Below, one piece after another: positions 13,670 through 26,399 of a stretch of 64,000 nucleotides of DNA. Each line of letters opens with the position of its first letter. The stretch's first letter is position 1. Under the pieces are notes generated by a model. It was not told the DNA's origin. It saw only the letters and a list, made by a program, of their open reading frames with translations, and searched no databases. The translations under genes and the position numbers were made by a program. The DNA comes from Squalus acanthias (Eukaryota): assembly GCA_030390025.1 (NCBI GenBank), contig CM059432.1:30196001-30260000 (forward strand), read 5' to 3'.

Positions 13670-14015
13670 TTAAATATTCATTCTTAGATGTGGGTGTCAA
13701 TGGCAAAGCCAGCATGTATTGTCCATCCCTAGTTGCCCTTGAGAATGTGGTGTGGCTTTGATACAACTGATTGGCTGGCTGGGCCATTTCGGGGGACAGA
13801 TAAGAGTCAACCATGTTGGTGTGGGACTGGAGTCACATAAAGGCTAGACTGGGTAAGGATGGCAAGTTTCCTTCCCTAAAGTGAACCAGTTAGCTTTTTA
13901 TTTCCAGATTTTTAAAATTAAACTTAATTCAATTTCTCAAACCACCATGGTGGGATTTGAACTCTCAGTCTCTGGATTATTAGTCCAGGCCTCTGGATTA
14001 CTAGTCCAGTAGCAT
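13670..14015 (-). mobile_element. Bipartite SINE-like element: tRNA-like head and 5' region plus 3' tail of the 27944-31155 LINE
   Basis: Reverse complement aligns by eye to ~27965-28273 and then jumps to ~31065-31150. Confidence 0.75.
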
Positions 14016-14039
14016 TTCCTGGGCTGACCATTTCCATAA

Positions 14040-14780
14040 CAATCCAAGTCATTTCCTCCAATTAAACACTGGGAAGGCTGAAGCCATCCTCTTTGGCCTC
14101 TGCCACAAACTCTGTGCTCTCACCACCAACTCCATGCCCCTTCCTGTCCACCATCTCAGGCTGAACCAGACTGTTCACAAACTGGCATTCTACTTGACCG
14201 AGCTGAGTTTCTGATCCCATCTCCTCTCTATCACAAGGACAGCCTTCTTCCACCTCCACATCATCACCCAACTCTGTTCATACTTCAGCCCATTTTCTGC
14301 TGAAACCCTCAGCTATGCCGTTGTCACCTCCGGACTTGACTATTCCAATGCTTTCCTGGACAACCTCCTATTCTCCACCCTTCATATACTTCAGCTCATC
14401 CAAAACTCAGCTGCCCACATCCTATTGCAGATGTCCTTGCTGAACTACATTGGCTTCCAGGTCTGCAACATCTCAAATTTAATATTCTCATCACTGTGTT
14501 CAAATCCCTCTGTGACCGCACCCCTCCTTAATTCTGTAACCTCCTTCAGCGCTAACCGCCGCCCCCCCCTCAACTCTCTGTTCTTCTTACTCAGGCCTTT
14601 TGTGTACCCCCTCCCTTCACCCACCATCGGTGGCTGTGCCTTCAGCTATCTGGGCCCAATACTCCACAATTCCCTCCCTAACACTCCTCCTCCTTTAACA
14701 CCCTCCTCAACCGCCACCTCTTTCAGCAAGCTTTTGGTCATCTCTCCTAATATCATCTCCTTTGGCTTGCATGTTACACC
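14040..14780 (+). mobile_element. L2 LINE 3' fragment
   Basis: VTSGLDYSNAFL..LQLIQNSAA and TIGGCAFSYLGP motifs. Confidence 0.8.
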
Positions 14781-15584
14781 TCTCGAAGTTGCTGATGCTG
14801 TAAATTAGAAACAGAAGTCCCAACAACTATCAAAGTGCTTCCCTCCACCCTGACATACCCCTCGAACAAATACTAGAAGTTTTCTACCCTTGAGTCAATC
14901 AAGGCAGGAGTGTCCAAAAATATTCCATTCTTAGTTGTGTACAATAGAGCCTTGAGGGCCACATATAAACAATTTGGTGGATAAATCCTAAATCCCACAA
15001 AGGAGGATGTCTTTTCAAACTGTCAGGCCTGTAAAAGTCAAACAGGACAAACCAGCAGCATAATAAATATAACTATGCAAAAGTGATTCCCAAGAAATAT
15101 AAAGGTGCAAACAGTCATTGGGGATTTATGTGGCACTGGGTTAGATCACCAGGGCTTGCAGACTGTACATGACCTGCAGGCCATAGTTTAGATGTTCAGA
15201 CTTAAAATAATATCTTTTTACCCCACCTATTTGTAATTTAAAGTAGGTAGGCTGGAGAAGCTTACTTTAGAGTCCAAGCTTAGTATCAATTTACACTCCA
15301 AATTTAGCTTCAATGTGAGGCCGAAAGCTTGGGAGTGCAAATTGAATGGTAATGCCTGAGCTGACTGTCTCAATCTGCTTCAGGTTAGCCCTGACTCTGG
15401 ATTTGGGTTGCACTTACAATATAACTGCATCATTGCAAAAGGAAATTGCTTTGTTTGGGTGCCACAGTTGCAGTGTAAGTGCACCCTAATATCAATTCAC
15501 TAATGTCCAGTTAACCAGCATGGGGAAAGAGTTAATTTTGGGAGGGATTATACACTATTTCTAGCCTGTCTTTAAAAAGTTTAA

Positions 15585-15930
15585 AATTCCAGGAAGGTCC
15601 CAGGTTCAATCCCTGGTCTGTGCTAAGTTAGCTGTTCTCAGCCAGGGCAGCAGTCGGGGATCTACAATTAGCATCAGTGCCCCTGAGCTTAGGGTGGGGG
15701 GTGGCGGAAGAAGGAAATAGAGAAACGGCCAGTTTTCTTTCTTCTGATTGCTATTCATTGACACCAGCTTGAAAGTGTATGTTGGGTGAGGTCAAGATAG
15801 AGCTTAGCTGTGATGTTTTCTGCAATCACTTATCACTCACTGTCTAGTCTCACATATGTATAATGGTCTGAGTGAGACATGAAAGGCAGCTGACAACCAT
15901 GAATGCATCACCGCCTTCAGGAGAGGAAGG
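15585..15930 (+). mobile_element. Old tRNA-derived SINE
   Basis: B-box-like GGTTCAATCCC; body recurs at ~21720-21990(-), ~38430-38770(-) and 55375-55510+57288-57510(+). Confidence 0.6.
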
Positions 15931-16387
15931 GAATAATGAGTTGGGAAAATAAAGTTTCAGATTGAAAAATAAAGCACCAGAAGTGGATTACAATGTTACC
16001 TGTATCAGAACAAAAACTGTTATAGCATAATGGTGCAGCATATATGCATCAATATTGTTGCAGCATTGCACTGGATCACTACAGAGTGAATTTGCAGCCA
16101 ACTTTCAAACTAGAATCCATGCTGGGACCATTCGCCTTTTAAAAATTAATAAATTGTGAATTACGGCAGTGCACGGTGTTGGGAGTCCTGATGCACCTTG
16201 CCACAGACTGGTAGGGTGAGGATTTAAAACTGAAATCATCACAAAATGAATTATCAATCTCAGACGTCTCATTATGGGAAGAGGGCAGAAGAGAGAGCAG
16301 GTGCTGCTGCCTTACAAACAGGGAGAGGGCAGTCAGAGGAACAGTCACCCCAAGACAGTCTTACTTACCTGCTTCTGACAGGCTTTA

Positions 16388-16574
16388 CAAAAGCAAATTA
16401 TTGCAGATACTGGAAATCTGAAATAAAAACAGAAAATGCTGGAAATACTCAGCCGGTCAGACAGCATCTGTGGAGAGAGAAACAGAGTTAACGTTTCAAA
16501 AGTTAACTCTGTTTCTCTCTCCACAGATGCTGTCTGACCGCTGAGTATTTCCAGCATTTTCTGTTTTTATTTCG
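16388..16574 (-). mobile_element. Fold-back Penelope-derived element, family A (hammerhead centre deleted)
   Basis: ~75-bp arm inverted repeat; 11-bp TSD GACAGGCTTTA (16377-16387 / 16575-16585). Confidence 0.8.
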
Positions 16575-16759
16575 GACAGGCTTTAGTTGTGTTGATTGAG
16601 GGAGACTAGGGATCAGGTCACACCATACTCTCCTCCCTAAATCATGCAAGGCATAAGCAGACCCACACAGATGGAAAGAGATAAATAAAAAATATTTTAG
16701 CCCCCAAAATAGGAAGAGATAACTTTTTAAAGAAAAAACAATGAAACAACATTTCTAAT

Positions 16760-17921
16760 GAGAGAAGAGAGTGGTATCTTTCTGTGATGTCACTTTGCAG
16801 TATACAACACAGATTTGGGAATAGATAGAAATTCTGGATTTCAACTTTGGAAGATTAAGAAGAAATTTTGCAGAAGAGGAGCTAAAATAATTATTGGAAA
16901 GTCTATGTCTGAGCGAATTGTACTTTGTGAAAAAAACGGGATTAATAGTCTGGTAAATAGAGCATAAACTGATAGCCAAGTTCCGCACCCATGAGGACGG
17001 CCTCAACCGGGATCTTGGGTTCATGTCACGCTACATGTAACCCCACTTGACGTAGAGTCATCCAGACTTGAGTCGTCGTTGGCTTGTTCTCTCTACACAG
17101 ATGCGGCCGGACCTGCTGTGATTTCCAGCAAAAAAAGTTTTTTGTTTTCCATACAGACCCCAGCATCTGCCACATTTGACCCCTTGTGACCCCACCTCAT
17201 TGTCTTTGATGTAATGTTTTCCTGACTGACCTGTTTGGACACCATCCACACCTTTGATTGCCGTGATTATCTCTCTGCCGAGGTGCGATAAAGGGCAGTT
17301 AGAAAGATTAACTGTAATCATCTGATAGTGTTCTCTGACTATATATGCTGTGTCTATATACATCTCTTCACTTCACCTGACGTTCCGAAAGCTTGTGATT
17401 TCAAATAAAACTGTTGGACGATAACCTGGTGTTGTGCGACTTCTCACATTTGTCCACCCCAGTCCAACACCGGCATTTCCACATCATGGTAAATAGAGGC
17501 ATGGCAGGGCAGCTCAGTCCCATGATTTGCACATCCTGTGCCATGTGGGAAATCCTGGATGCTTCTTGCGGCCTGGATGACCACGTGTGCAGGAAGTGTC
17601 ACCAACTGCAGCAACTCGAGCTCCGGGTTTCGGAGCTTGAGTGGCAGCTGGAGTCACTACAGTGCATCCGCGAGGCCGAGACATACTTGGAAAGCATGTT
17701 TCTAGAAGTGGTCACACCGCAGCCTCAGAATGTGCAGGCACAGAGGGAATGGGTGACCACCAGACAGAGAAGGAGGACCAGACAGGTAGGGCAGGAATCT
17801 CCAGAGTGCATCTCACTCACTAACCGGTTTTCAGCTCTGGAAACAGGTGGGGGTGATGGTTCCTCAGGGGAAAGCAGCCAGGCAGAGCCAAGGCAACGGC
17901 ACCACATGTGGCTCAGCTGCA

Positions 17922-17954
<33 letters not shown>

Positions 17955-20900
17955 AGGGAGGGGGAGGAAGAAGAGTGGAAGAGCAATAGTGATAGGGGAT
18001 TCATTAATTAGGGGAACAGATAGGCGTTTCTATGGTTGCAGGCGTGACTCCATGATGGTATGTTGCCTCCCTGGTGCCAGGGTCAAGGATGTCACTGAGT
18101 GGCTGCAGGACACGGAGTGGGGAGGGTGAACAGCCAGAGGTCGTTGTCCATATCGGTACCAACGACATAGGCAGAAAGAGGGATCAGGTCCTGCAGGCAG
18201 ACTATAGGGAGCTAGGAGAGAGATTAAAAAGCAGGACCTCAAAAGGTAGTAATCTCTGGATTACTCCCAGTGCCACGTGCTAGTGAGTACAGGAATAGGA
18301 GGATAGAACAGATGAATGCGTGGCTAGAGTGATGGTGCAGGAGGGAGGGCTTTAGAATCCTGAGGCATTGGGACCGTTTTTGGGGAAGGTGGAACCTGTA
18401 CAAGCCGGACTGGTTACACCTCAACAGAGCCGGGATCAATATTCTCGCGGGGAGGTTTGCTAGTGCTGTTGGGGAGGGTTTAAACTAGCTTGGCGGGGGG
18501 GAGTGGGCACCAGCATATAGGAGTAGAAAAGAGGAATAAGGTGCATAGAAGAGTGAGTGTGTTGGATAGTACTAGAGAAGAAAGTAATACTAGAAACGGA
18601 AGTAGTACCATATTAGATAGGAGCAGACCAAGAAAGACTACGAAAAATTCAAAAATGGGTTTAGAATGCACGTACGTAAACGCACAAAGTGTGGTGAATT
18701 AGGTTGGTGAGCTACAAGCACAATTAGCCATGTGGCAATATGATGTTGTGGCAATAACGGAAACGTGGCTTAAAAACGGTGAGGACTGGGCACTTAATAT
18801 TCAAGGGTACAAGGTGTTCAGAAAAGATAGGGAAGGAAAAAAGGGAGGTGGAGTGGCAGTGCTGATTAAGGAAGACATTGTAGTGTTGCAAAGGGAGGAT
18901 GTTCTTGAGGGGACAAGGACAGAATCCATTTGGTTAGAGTTGAGGAGCAAAAAGGGTATGATCATGCTATTGGGGGTATTCTATAAGCCTCCAAATAGTG
19001 AGAGGGAGGTCGGGGAGCAAATCTGCAGGGAAATCGCAGAGTTGTACAAGAGCGGTGATATTGGGGGACTTTAATTACCCAAATATCGATTGGGATAATG
19101 CTAGGGTAAAGGGAAAGGAGGGGGAGGAATTTCTGAAATGTGTTCAGGAAAATTTCCTTGACCAGTATGTTCTTGGCCCAACTAGGAAGGAGGCATTGCT
19201 GGATCTGGTGCTGGGGAATGAGGTGGGCCAGGTCGACCAAGTGTCTGTAGGAGAACACTTGGGTACGAGTGATCATCGTATCATAAGATTTAGATTAGCA
19301 ATGGAGAGGAGCAAGGAACAATCTAGAGTGGAACTTCTAAACTGGAATAGGGCTAACTTCAATGGGATGCGAAGGGATCTAGCCAGGGTAAAATGGAACC
19401 AAAGACTGACAGGAAAAACTGTAACGGAACAATGGGTGATCTTTAAGGGGGAGATATTACAAGTACAGGCTAGGTACATTCCAACAAGAGGGAAGGATAA
19501 GGGGACCAAAGCAAGGGCTCCTTGGATGACGAGGAAGATAGAGAAGATGATGAAACAAAAAAAAGGTTTATGATGCATGTCAGGTGAATTCTTCAAGGGA
19601 GAACCAGACCAAATACAATAAGTTGAGAGGGGAAGTGAAGATGAAAATAAGATTGGCAAAGAGAGAATATGAGAGTAGAATGGCGGTTAACATAAAAAGG
19701 AACCCAAAAATCTTCTACCGGCATGAAAACAGTAAGTGGGTAGTAAGAGGCAGGGTGGGGCCTATTAGGGACAAAGGTGGTGATATATGCTTAGAGGCGC
19801 AGGGCAAAGCTAGACTACTCAATGAGTACTTTGTATCGGTGTTTACGAAGGAGGTGGATGCTGACAAAATAATTGGTAGAAGTGGAAAAGGTAGAAGCAA
19901 TGGATGGGGTGAAAATTGATAGACAGGATGTACTAGAAAGGCTGGATATGCTGAGAGGGGATAAGTCGCCTGGTCCAGATGGCTTGCATCCCAGGTTACT
20001 AAGGGAATTGGGGGAGGAAATAATGGAACGGCTTGCCATAATTTTCCAATCTTCCCTAGGTGCGGGGGAGGTGCCCGTGGATTGGAAAGTGGCAAATGTG
20101 ACACCATTGTTCAAGAAAGGGTGTAAGGACAATCCTAGTCACTACAGGCTGGTCAGTTTAACATCAGTGGTGGGTAAAGTTTTAGAAACAATAATGAAGG
20201 AAAAAATTAACGGGCACTCGGAGAGGTTTAAGCTAATTAAGGAGAGCCAACACGGATTTGTAAAAGGCAGATCGTGTTTGACTAATTTAACTCAATTTTT
20301 TGATGAAGTAACAGAGAGGATTGATGAAGGGAATGCAATGGATGTTGTCTGCATGGATTTTCAGAAGGCGTTTGACAAAGTACCACATAGAAGGCTGGTT
20401 AACAAAATTGAGGCTCATGGCATAGGTGGGTCAGTGGCAGTTTGGATAAGGAATTGACTTAAGGACAGAAACAGCGAGTTGTGGTAAATGGCTGTTTTTC
20501 AGACTGGAGGATGGTAGACAGTGGTGTTACCCAACGGTCAGTGCTGGGGCCTCTGCTGACCTGGATACTGGAATACAGAGTAGAATTTCTAAATTTGCCG
20601 ATGACACCAAACTTGGGGGCGCGGCAAACAGTGAGGATGATACCAATCGACTGCAGCAAGACATAGAAAGGCTAGCAGAATGGGCAGACAAGTGGCAGAT
20701 GGAATTTAATACAGAGAAGTGTGAGATGATGCATTTTGGCAGAAGGAACAGAGAGAGGCAATATATACTTAATGGCACAGTTTTAAAGAGTGCGCAGGGA
20801 CAGAGGGACCTGGGAGTTAATGTGCATAGGTCCCTGAAGGTGGCAGGACATATTGAGAGTGGGGTTAGGAAAGCATATGGGATCTTGGGTTTCTTAAATA

Positions 20901-21510
20901 GAGGTATTGAGTACAAAAGTAGAGAAGTTATGCTGAACCTTTATAAAGTGCTGGTTAGTCCACAACTAGAGTATTGCGTCCAGTTCTGGTCACCACACTT
21001 TAGGAAGGATGTGAAGGCTCGAGAGGGTGCAGAGGAGATTTACCAGAATGGTTCCGGGGATGGGGGATCTTAGCTATAAGGACAGGTTAGAGAAGCTGGA
21101 TTTGTTTTCATTAGAGCAAAGAAGGTTGAGGGGTGATTTGATAGGGGTGTACAAGATTATGACGGGTTTGGATAGGCTAGACGGGGAAAGGCTGTTCCCA
21201 CTAGTTGATGGTACAAGGACTAGGTGACACAGATTAAAGGTTTTGGGCAAGAAATACAGGGGGGATGTGAGGAAAAACTTTTTTACGCAGCGAGTGGTGA
21301 GGACCTGGAACTCGCTGCCGACGGAAGTGGTGGAAATGGAGACAATCGATGTTTTCAAGGGGAGACTGGATAGGCACTTGAGGGAAATAAACTTGCAGGG
21401 CTACAGGGATAGAGTGGGGGAATGGGACTGACTGGATTCCTCTACAGAGAGCCGGCATGGTCTCGATGGGCCGAATGGCCTCCTTCTGTGCCGTTATGAC
21501 TCTATGACTA
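16760..21510 (+). mobile_element. Near full-length CR1 LINE (ORF1 zinc finger/coiled coil + SGNH esterase; ORF2 APE-RT), disabled
   Basis: ORF1 ATG at 17501 (MAGQLSPMICTSCAMWE..CRKC), GDSLIRG, HIGTNDIG; ORF2 [29 protein letters not shown]; tail TTATGACTCTATGACT; many frameshifts and stops; 5' end approximate. Confidence 0.93.
16963..17486 (+). mobile_element. Penelope-like element 3' end (GIY-YIG C-terminus + pLTR, family B) inserted into the CR1 5' UTR
   Basis: EHKLIAKFRTHEDGLNRDLGFMSRYM* ending at 17040; pLTR with partly deleted hammerhead CTGACG..CCGAAAGC; 12-bp TSD TGGTAAATAGAG (16951-16962 / 17487-17498). Confidence 0.8.
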
Positions 21511-23172
21511 ATGGGCCGAAGGGCTTTTGCTCTGTCTCTTTAATTATTTTAAGGTTAGACTGTGGATATATAGCATTTATCAACTTGTGCAGTAGTAGTG
21601 ATTTACTTTAAAACAAATCACCTTCATGTGGTTCATATCCTGGTTGACATTCGCCTGGAACTATCGGATTTCTACCTCACACCCCTTTGTAGTTTGATGA
21701 CAGTTTTTTTTTGGTTGTTTTGTTTTCCTCTCCTGAAAGCTCCTATTGGGTTGTAGTTCCACTGGTACCTTGCCCAAATGGTCATTCTTCATTTTTGCAA
21801 CTTGAGTGTGTTGGCAGGCTATTTGACTATGGGAGCAACATAGTTCGTCCTGACTGGACATTCAGACATGCACTGCAGCAAGGGTCAGTGGCTAGCAATC
21901 AGAAATGGAAAGCTTGGCTGATCTTAAGCCGTGTGGCACTGAGGCCATTTGCAGCGCCCTACTGCCACCCAGGCCAAGATTAGCTAACAACAGAGACTGG
22001 ATTTTGAAATGAGACTTTCTGACGTGTGGCTCAGTTTCTGAGCTGTATTTCAAGACTTTGTTAAACAAAGGAGAGGATGCAGAGAATAAAAAGGTAATAC
22101 AACAGCTTAGGAAGAACTTGGGAATGTGCAAGGTGACACACCAGGGAGCACTTCAACAAAGACAGCTCTTTTTATTCATTAGCATTCAGTTTTTTGTCAG
22201 CTTTTTATGAAATATCACATCCTCGACACAAGAAAACAACAGCTGTTCTTTTGTGACCTCATAGTACTTAACTAAAAAATAACAGAGGAATCTTTTGTGC
22301 TTTAATTACTGGAAGAAAAAGAGGTCATCAAATCTCTAATGAGTTTACATCTGACCAGAAATAAGCAATCAATTGGCTGTCTGAATAAGACTCTTTATAC
22401 ACAAGCACGGCATTATTGTCCTGGATTATGTGGGATGACGAATAAAACAGCAAAGCAAAATAAAAAACATCATTGCAGGAATATAAGCAAGTTACTGGAA
22501 AGGCAGCAGTTAGCTAACCCTTCCAACGATCTTTCAAAGAAAAACAAAGGAATCTGCTGGCCGAGTAAGACAATGTAGCTGGGTAAAAATCGTAAAAGTC
22601 AAGGACGAGAAAAGGCCATGCGACCCTTCGAAGCCTGTCCCTTTAGTACACTAACTCTCCCATTATAGCATTCAGCTACATTCTGAATGTCTCCAATACT
22701 AGTCCCTCTGCTACTCTGCCCAGCAGGCTATTTCTTTCATCAGTCTTTGAGAAAAGTAGTTCTTCCTGATATATCTTCTTTAAATTTATCTCTCTAAATG
22801 AAATTTATACACTTTTGCCCTACTTTCCTAAATTGAAGTTATATTCGGAGTTTAATTCATAGATATGATGGAGTACATTTTCCAATTCCTGCTTTGTTTG
22901 TGGAAGTGCACAGCTGACTTTGCATCCATAGGAGCAGCAAAAGCCCAACAGCACTGGATCTTCCAGAGTTGGTCCTAATTATGAATTTATGGTGAGCCTC
23001 ATCCCTATCCTTCCTCATCCTTCTAGACCTGTCTGCAGCCTTTGACACGTTGACTACATCATTCTCCTCCAATGCCTCTCCTCCGTTGTCCGAGCCGAGT
23101 GGAACTGCTCTTATCCATCCACTCATAGAATCTCCTGTAATGGCTTCTCTTCCCTCTCCGTTATCTCTGGAG

Positions 23173-23291
23173 CAATGTTCACTCTAAAGGTGTGTGACCG
23201 CGCACCAATTGCGAGGTCCCGCGCAGGCCACTCCCCAGCGCTGCAAATTTAAAGGGCCCGCGCAGGGAAAAAGAAATTAGATGGAACATTG
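23173..23291. mobile_element. hAT MITE (119 bp)
   Basis: TIR CAATGTTCACTCTAA / TTAGATGGAACATTG; exact 8-bp TSD CTCTGGAG. Confidence 0.85.
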
Positions 23292-23515
23292 CTCTGGAGT
23301 CACCCAAGGATCTATCCTTGGCCCCTTCCTATTTCTCATCTACATGCTGTCCCTCGGCAGCGTCATCTGAAAACAAAACGTCATGTTCCACATGTATGCC
23401 AACAACACCCGACTCTACCTCACTACTACCTCTGTGTTGTCAGACTGCTTGTCTGACATCCAGTTCTGAATGAGCAGAAATTTCACCAATTTAACATTGG
23501 GAAGACCAAAGCCAT

Positions 23516-24176
23516 AGGCCCCGATATTTACGGACAGGCTGGGAGGGAGCGGGGAAGGGTTGCAGTGGCCAAGAAACCCAGAAATGCGGGTGACGAATTT
23601 AATGGCAGGACCTCGTTTGAATTTTTTCCCTCCATTTCCCAGCCAGCAGCCATCCAGATTGAGGCGCCTGCTGGCTGTCGGTGGGAAGGCCTGTGCTGGA
23701 AGGCCTCAGCTGGGGAGGGAGAGAAGGGACAGAGGGAGGGAGAGATCACAATGGTGGGGGAAGGGGTTGAAGAGATTGCGGGGAGGGAGGCCGATCGCGG
23801 GGAGAGAAGTAGGTTTAATGGAGGGGCCGGAGGAAGCACTCTGCACCTCCTGGCCCACAAGCAGTGCTGGAAAGGCCCTTACCTGCTGGATCCGGCAGTT
23901 CTCCCCTCCATTCAGCTGCCTGGTTTCCTGAGCCCTGGGAAACCTGGCCCACAGCCTTTAAGTCTAAGAGTCTGTTAAATTTTGAGGCATGCATTAGCAT
24001 ATTTAAGTAACTAACTCGCTTCTCGAGAGCAGGTCAGTCGCCTGCCCCAACCCACCTTCATTAAAACCGAAAGTTAGAATGTTTGAGGCGGGTTGGGGTC
24101 GGGTTTTAGATTTTTTAAATTTTAAACTTACCATCTTGGTGGGGGGCAGGGGGGTGGGGGGTGTTAAAATTCCCTC
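23516..24176. mobile_element. Harbinger-type MITE in L2
   Basis: 3-bp TSD CAT restores L2 AAAGCCATTGTC; imperfect TIRs; GC-rich body. Confidence 0.6.
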
Positions 24177-25034
24177 CATTGTCTTCTGCCCCTGCTACAA
24201 ACTCCATTCCCTAGCCACCATTTCCATCCCCCTCCCTGGCCACTGTCTCAGGCAGAACCAGACGGTTCGCATCCTATTTGACCCGGAGATGAGCTCCTGA
24301 CCCCATATCCTCTCCATTTCTGAGACCACGTCCTTCCACCTCCATAATATCACACGTCTCCACGCCCACCTCAACCCATCAGCTGCTGAAACCCTCATTC
24401 ATGCTTTTCTTACCTCCAGACTCAACTATTCCAATGATCTCCAGGCCAGTTTCCCATCTTCCACCCTCCATAAACTTGAGCTCATCCAAAACTCTGCTCT
24501 CCCGTATCCTAACTCGTAACTTTTTTCTGAAGGAAGGTTTATTAAACACATCAGTGTAGCCCCCCAAAGATTAACCTCTGTCTTTCAAAATAGTAGAGAT
24601 CTCAAATTTAGCAGAAGTATAGATCTCCAAGCAGTGCCTAGTTTCAGGTGAATGTCCAACTCCTGGTACATGCCATAATTTCCTCAAACGTGTGCTTGCA
24701 ACAGTATACTTTACAGGGTACCTTTTTAAGGTAACGTGAAGACGGTTCCCTTTATCGGAAACTTAGAACATGGTAGACGCCTTGACTTAATGCTGGCTTG
24801 ATCTTCCAAAAGGTTGGTGGTTAATTATGATGGTTTATACAGGTGAAAAGTAGTAAAACTTCACATTAAGTTCTTTTGTCAGGAATTTATTATCTACTAG
24901 TTTTGATCTCTTATTCCAACTTTCACTATTGTTTTGGCACTTCAGACCACTATTTTGTGAAACAGGAATGATTATTATAGTGTATTTATCCATTTCCTTG
25001 ATTGACCTAAAGCTATGATTGCAATATATTTTGT

Positions 25035-25732
25035 AGATGAGCAGAGAGACCTTGGTGTCCATATACACAAATCCTTAAAGGTGGCACAAGAAGTTGATAT
25101 GGTGGTTAAAAAAGCATATGGGTTACTTGGGTTTCTAAATAGAAGAATAGAATATAAAAGCAGAGATCATGCCAGAAATTTATAAATCATTGGTTCGGCC
25201 TCAATTGTGCACAATTCTGGCCACCACACTTCAGGAAAGATGTAATGGCCTTAGAAAGGGTACAGAGGAGGGTTACCAGGGATGAGGGACTTCAGTTTCT
25301 GAGAGGTTAGAAAAGTTAGGACTATTCTCCTTGGAACAGAGAAGGTGAAGAGGTGACCTAATACAGATTTTCAAGATGATGAGTGGTTTTGATAGAGTAG
25401 ATAGAGCAAAACTATTCCCTCTGGTGAGTGGGTCAATAACCAGAGGTCATAGATTTAAAATCATTGGCAAAAGATCTAGAGGGGAGATGAAGAGAATTTT
25501 TTTCACTCAGAGTTGTCAGGCTCTGGAACATTCGACCTGAAAAGGTGGTGGAAGCTGATTTCATAAATAATTTTCAAAGGGAGTTAGACAGGTACTTGAG
25601 GATGAGGAACTTACAGGGTTACGGTCAAAAAGCAGAGGTGTGGGTCTAAGCATGACTGCTCTTTCAAAGAGCCAGCACAGGCCCAATGGGCCAAATGGCC
25701 TCCTTCTGTAGTGTAAGTTTCTATGATTCTAT
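25035..25732 (+). mobile_element. CR1 3' fragment
   Basis: EQRDLGV..KSLKVA motif; tail TTCTATGATTCTAT. Confidence 0.85.
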
Positions 25733-26399
25733 AACAAGTTCCGCTCACTCATCACTCCTTTACTCACTGACCTACTCTATCTCCCGGTGCCCGAATGCCT
25801 CGATTTAAAAATTCTCATCCTAGTGTTCAAATCCTTCCATGGTCTTGCCCCTCCCCATCTCTGTAACCTCCTCCAGTCCTACAACCCTCAGAGAACTCTG
25901 TGTTCCTCCAATTCTGGCTTTTTGTGCATTCCCCACTTCATTCGCTCCACCATTGGTGGCCGTGCCTTCAGCTGTTTAGGCCCCAAGCTCTGGAATTCCC
26001 TCCCGAAACCTCTCCGCCTCTTGTCCTTTGACACTCCTCAACACCTATCTCCAAGCTTTTGGTCACTTGTTGTAATGTCTCCTCCTTCAGCTCGGTGTCA
26101 ATTTGTTTGTGACTACACTCCTGTGAAGTGCCTTAGGAGATTTTATTACGTAAAAGGTACTATATATTACGTTAAAGGTACTATATAAGTGTAAGTTGTT
26201 GCTGTTATATTTCACATCCTCAGAAGGTCCCAAAGTGCTTCACAGTCAATTAATTACTTTTGAAAACTCTCCCCCAAGCTTAGTGGTGGCAACATCCTCT
26301 TCCTGTTATTCTTTCTCACCCACTCAGTCACTCTCTCTCATAAACATACTTTCCAGCACAGCTTGACACACCGTATGCTGCCCTATAAGATTTAAAGGA

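Larger units (their letters stand above)
22985..26210 (+). mobile_element. L2 LINE fragment carrying nested insertions (hAT MITE, Harbinger MITE, unknown+CR1 chimera)
   Basis: LLDLSAAFDT, GVTQGSILGP and TIGGRAFSCLGPKLWNSLP motifs; L2 tail ..TATATAAGTGTAAGTTGTTG. Confidence 0.8.

Noticed and set aside
17414..17500. N-terminal extension of CR1 ORF1
   Set aside because: Non-ATG start inside the inserted Penelope pLTR; the real ORF1 starts at 17501.
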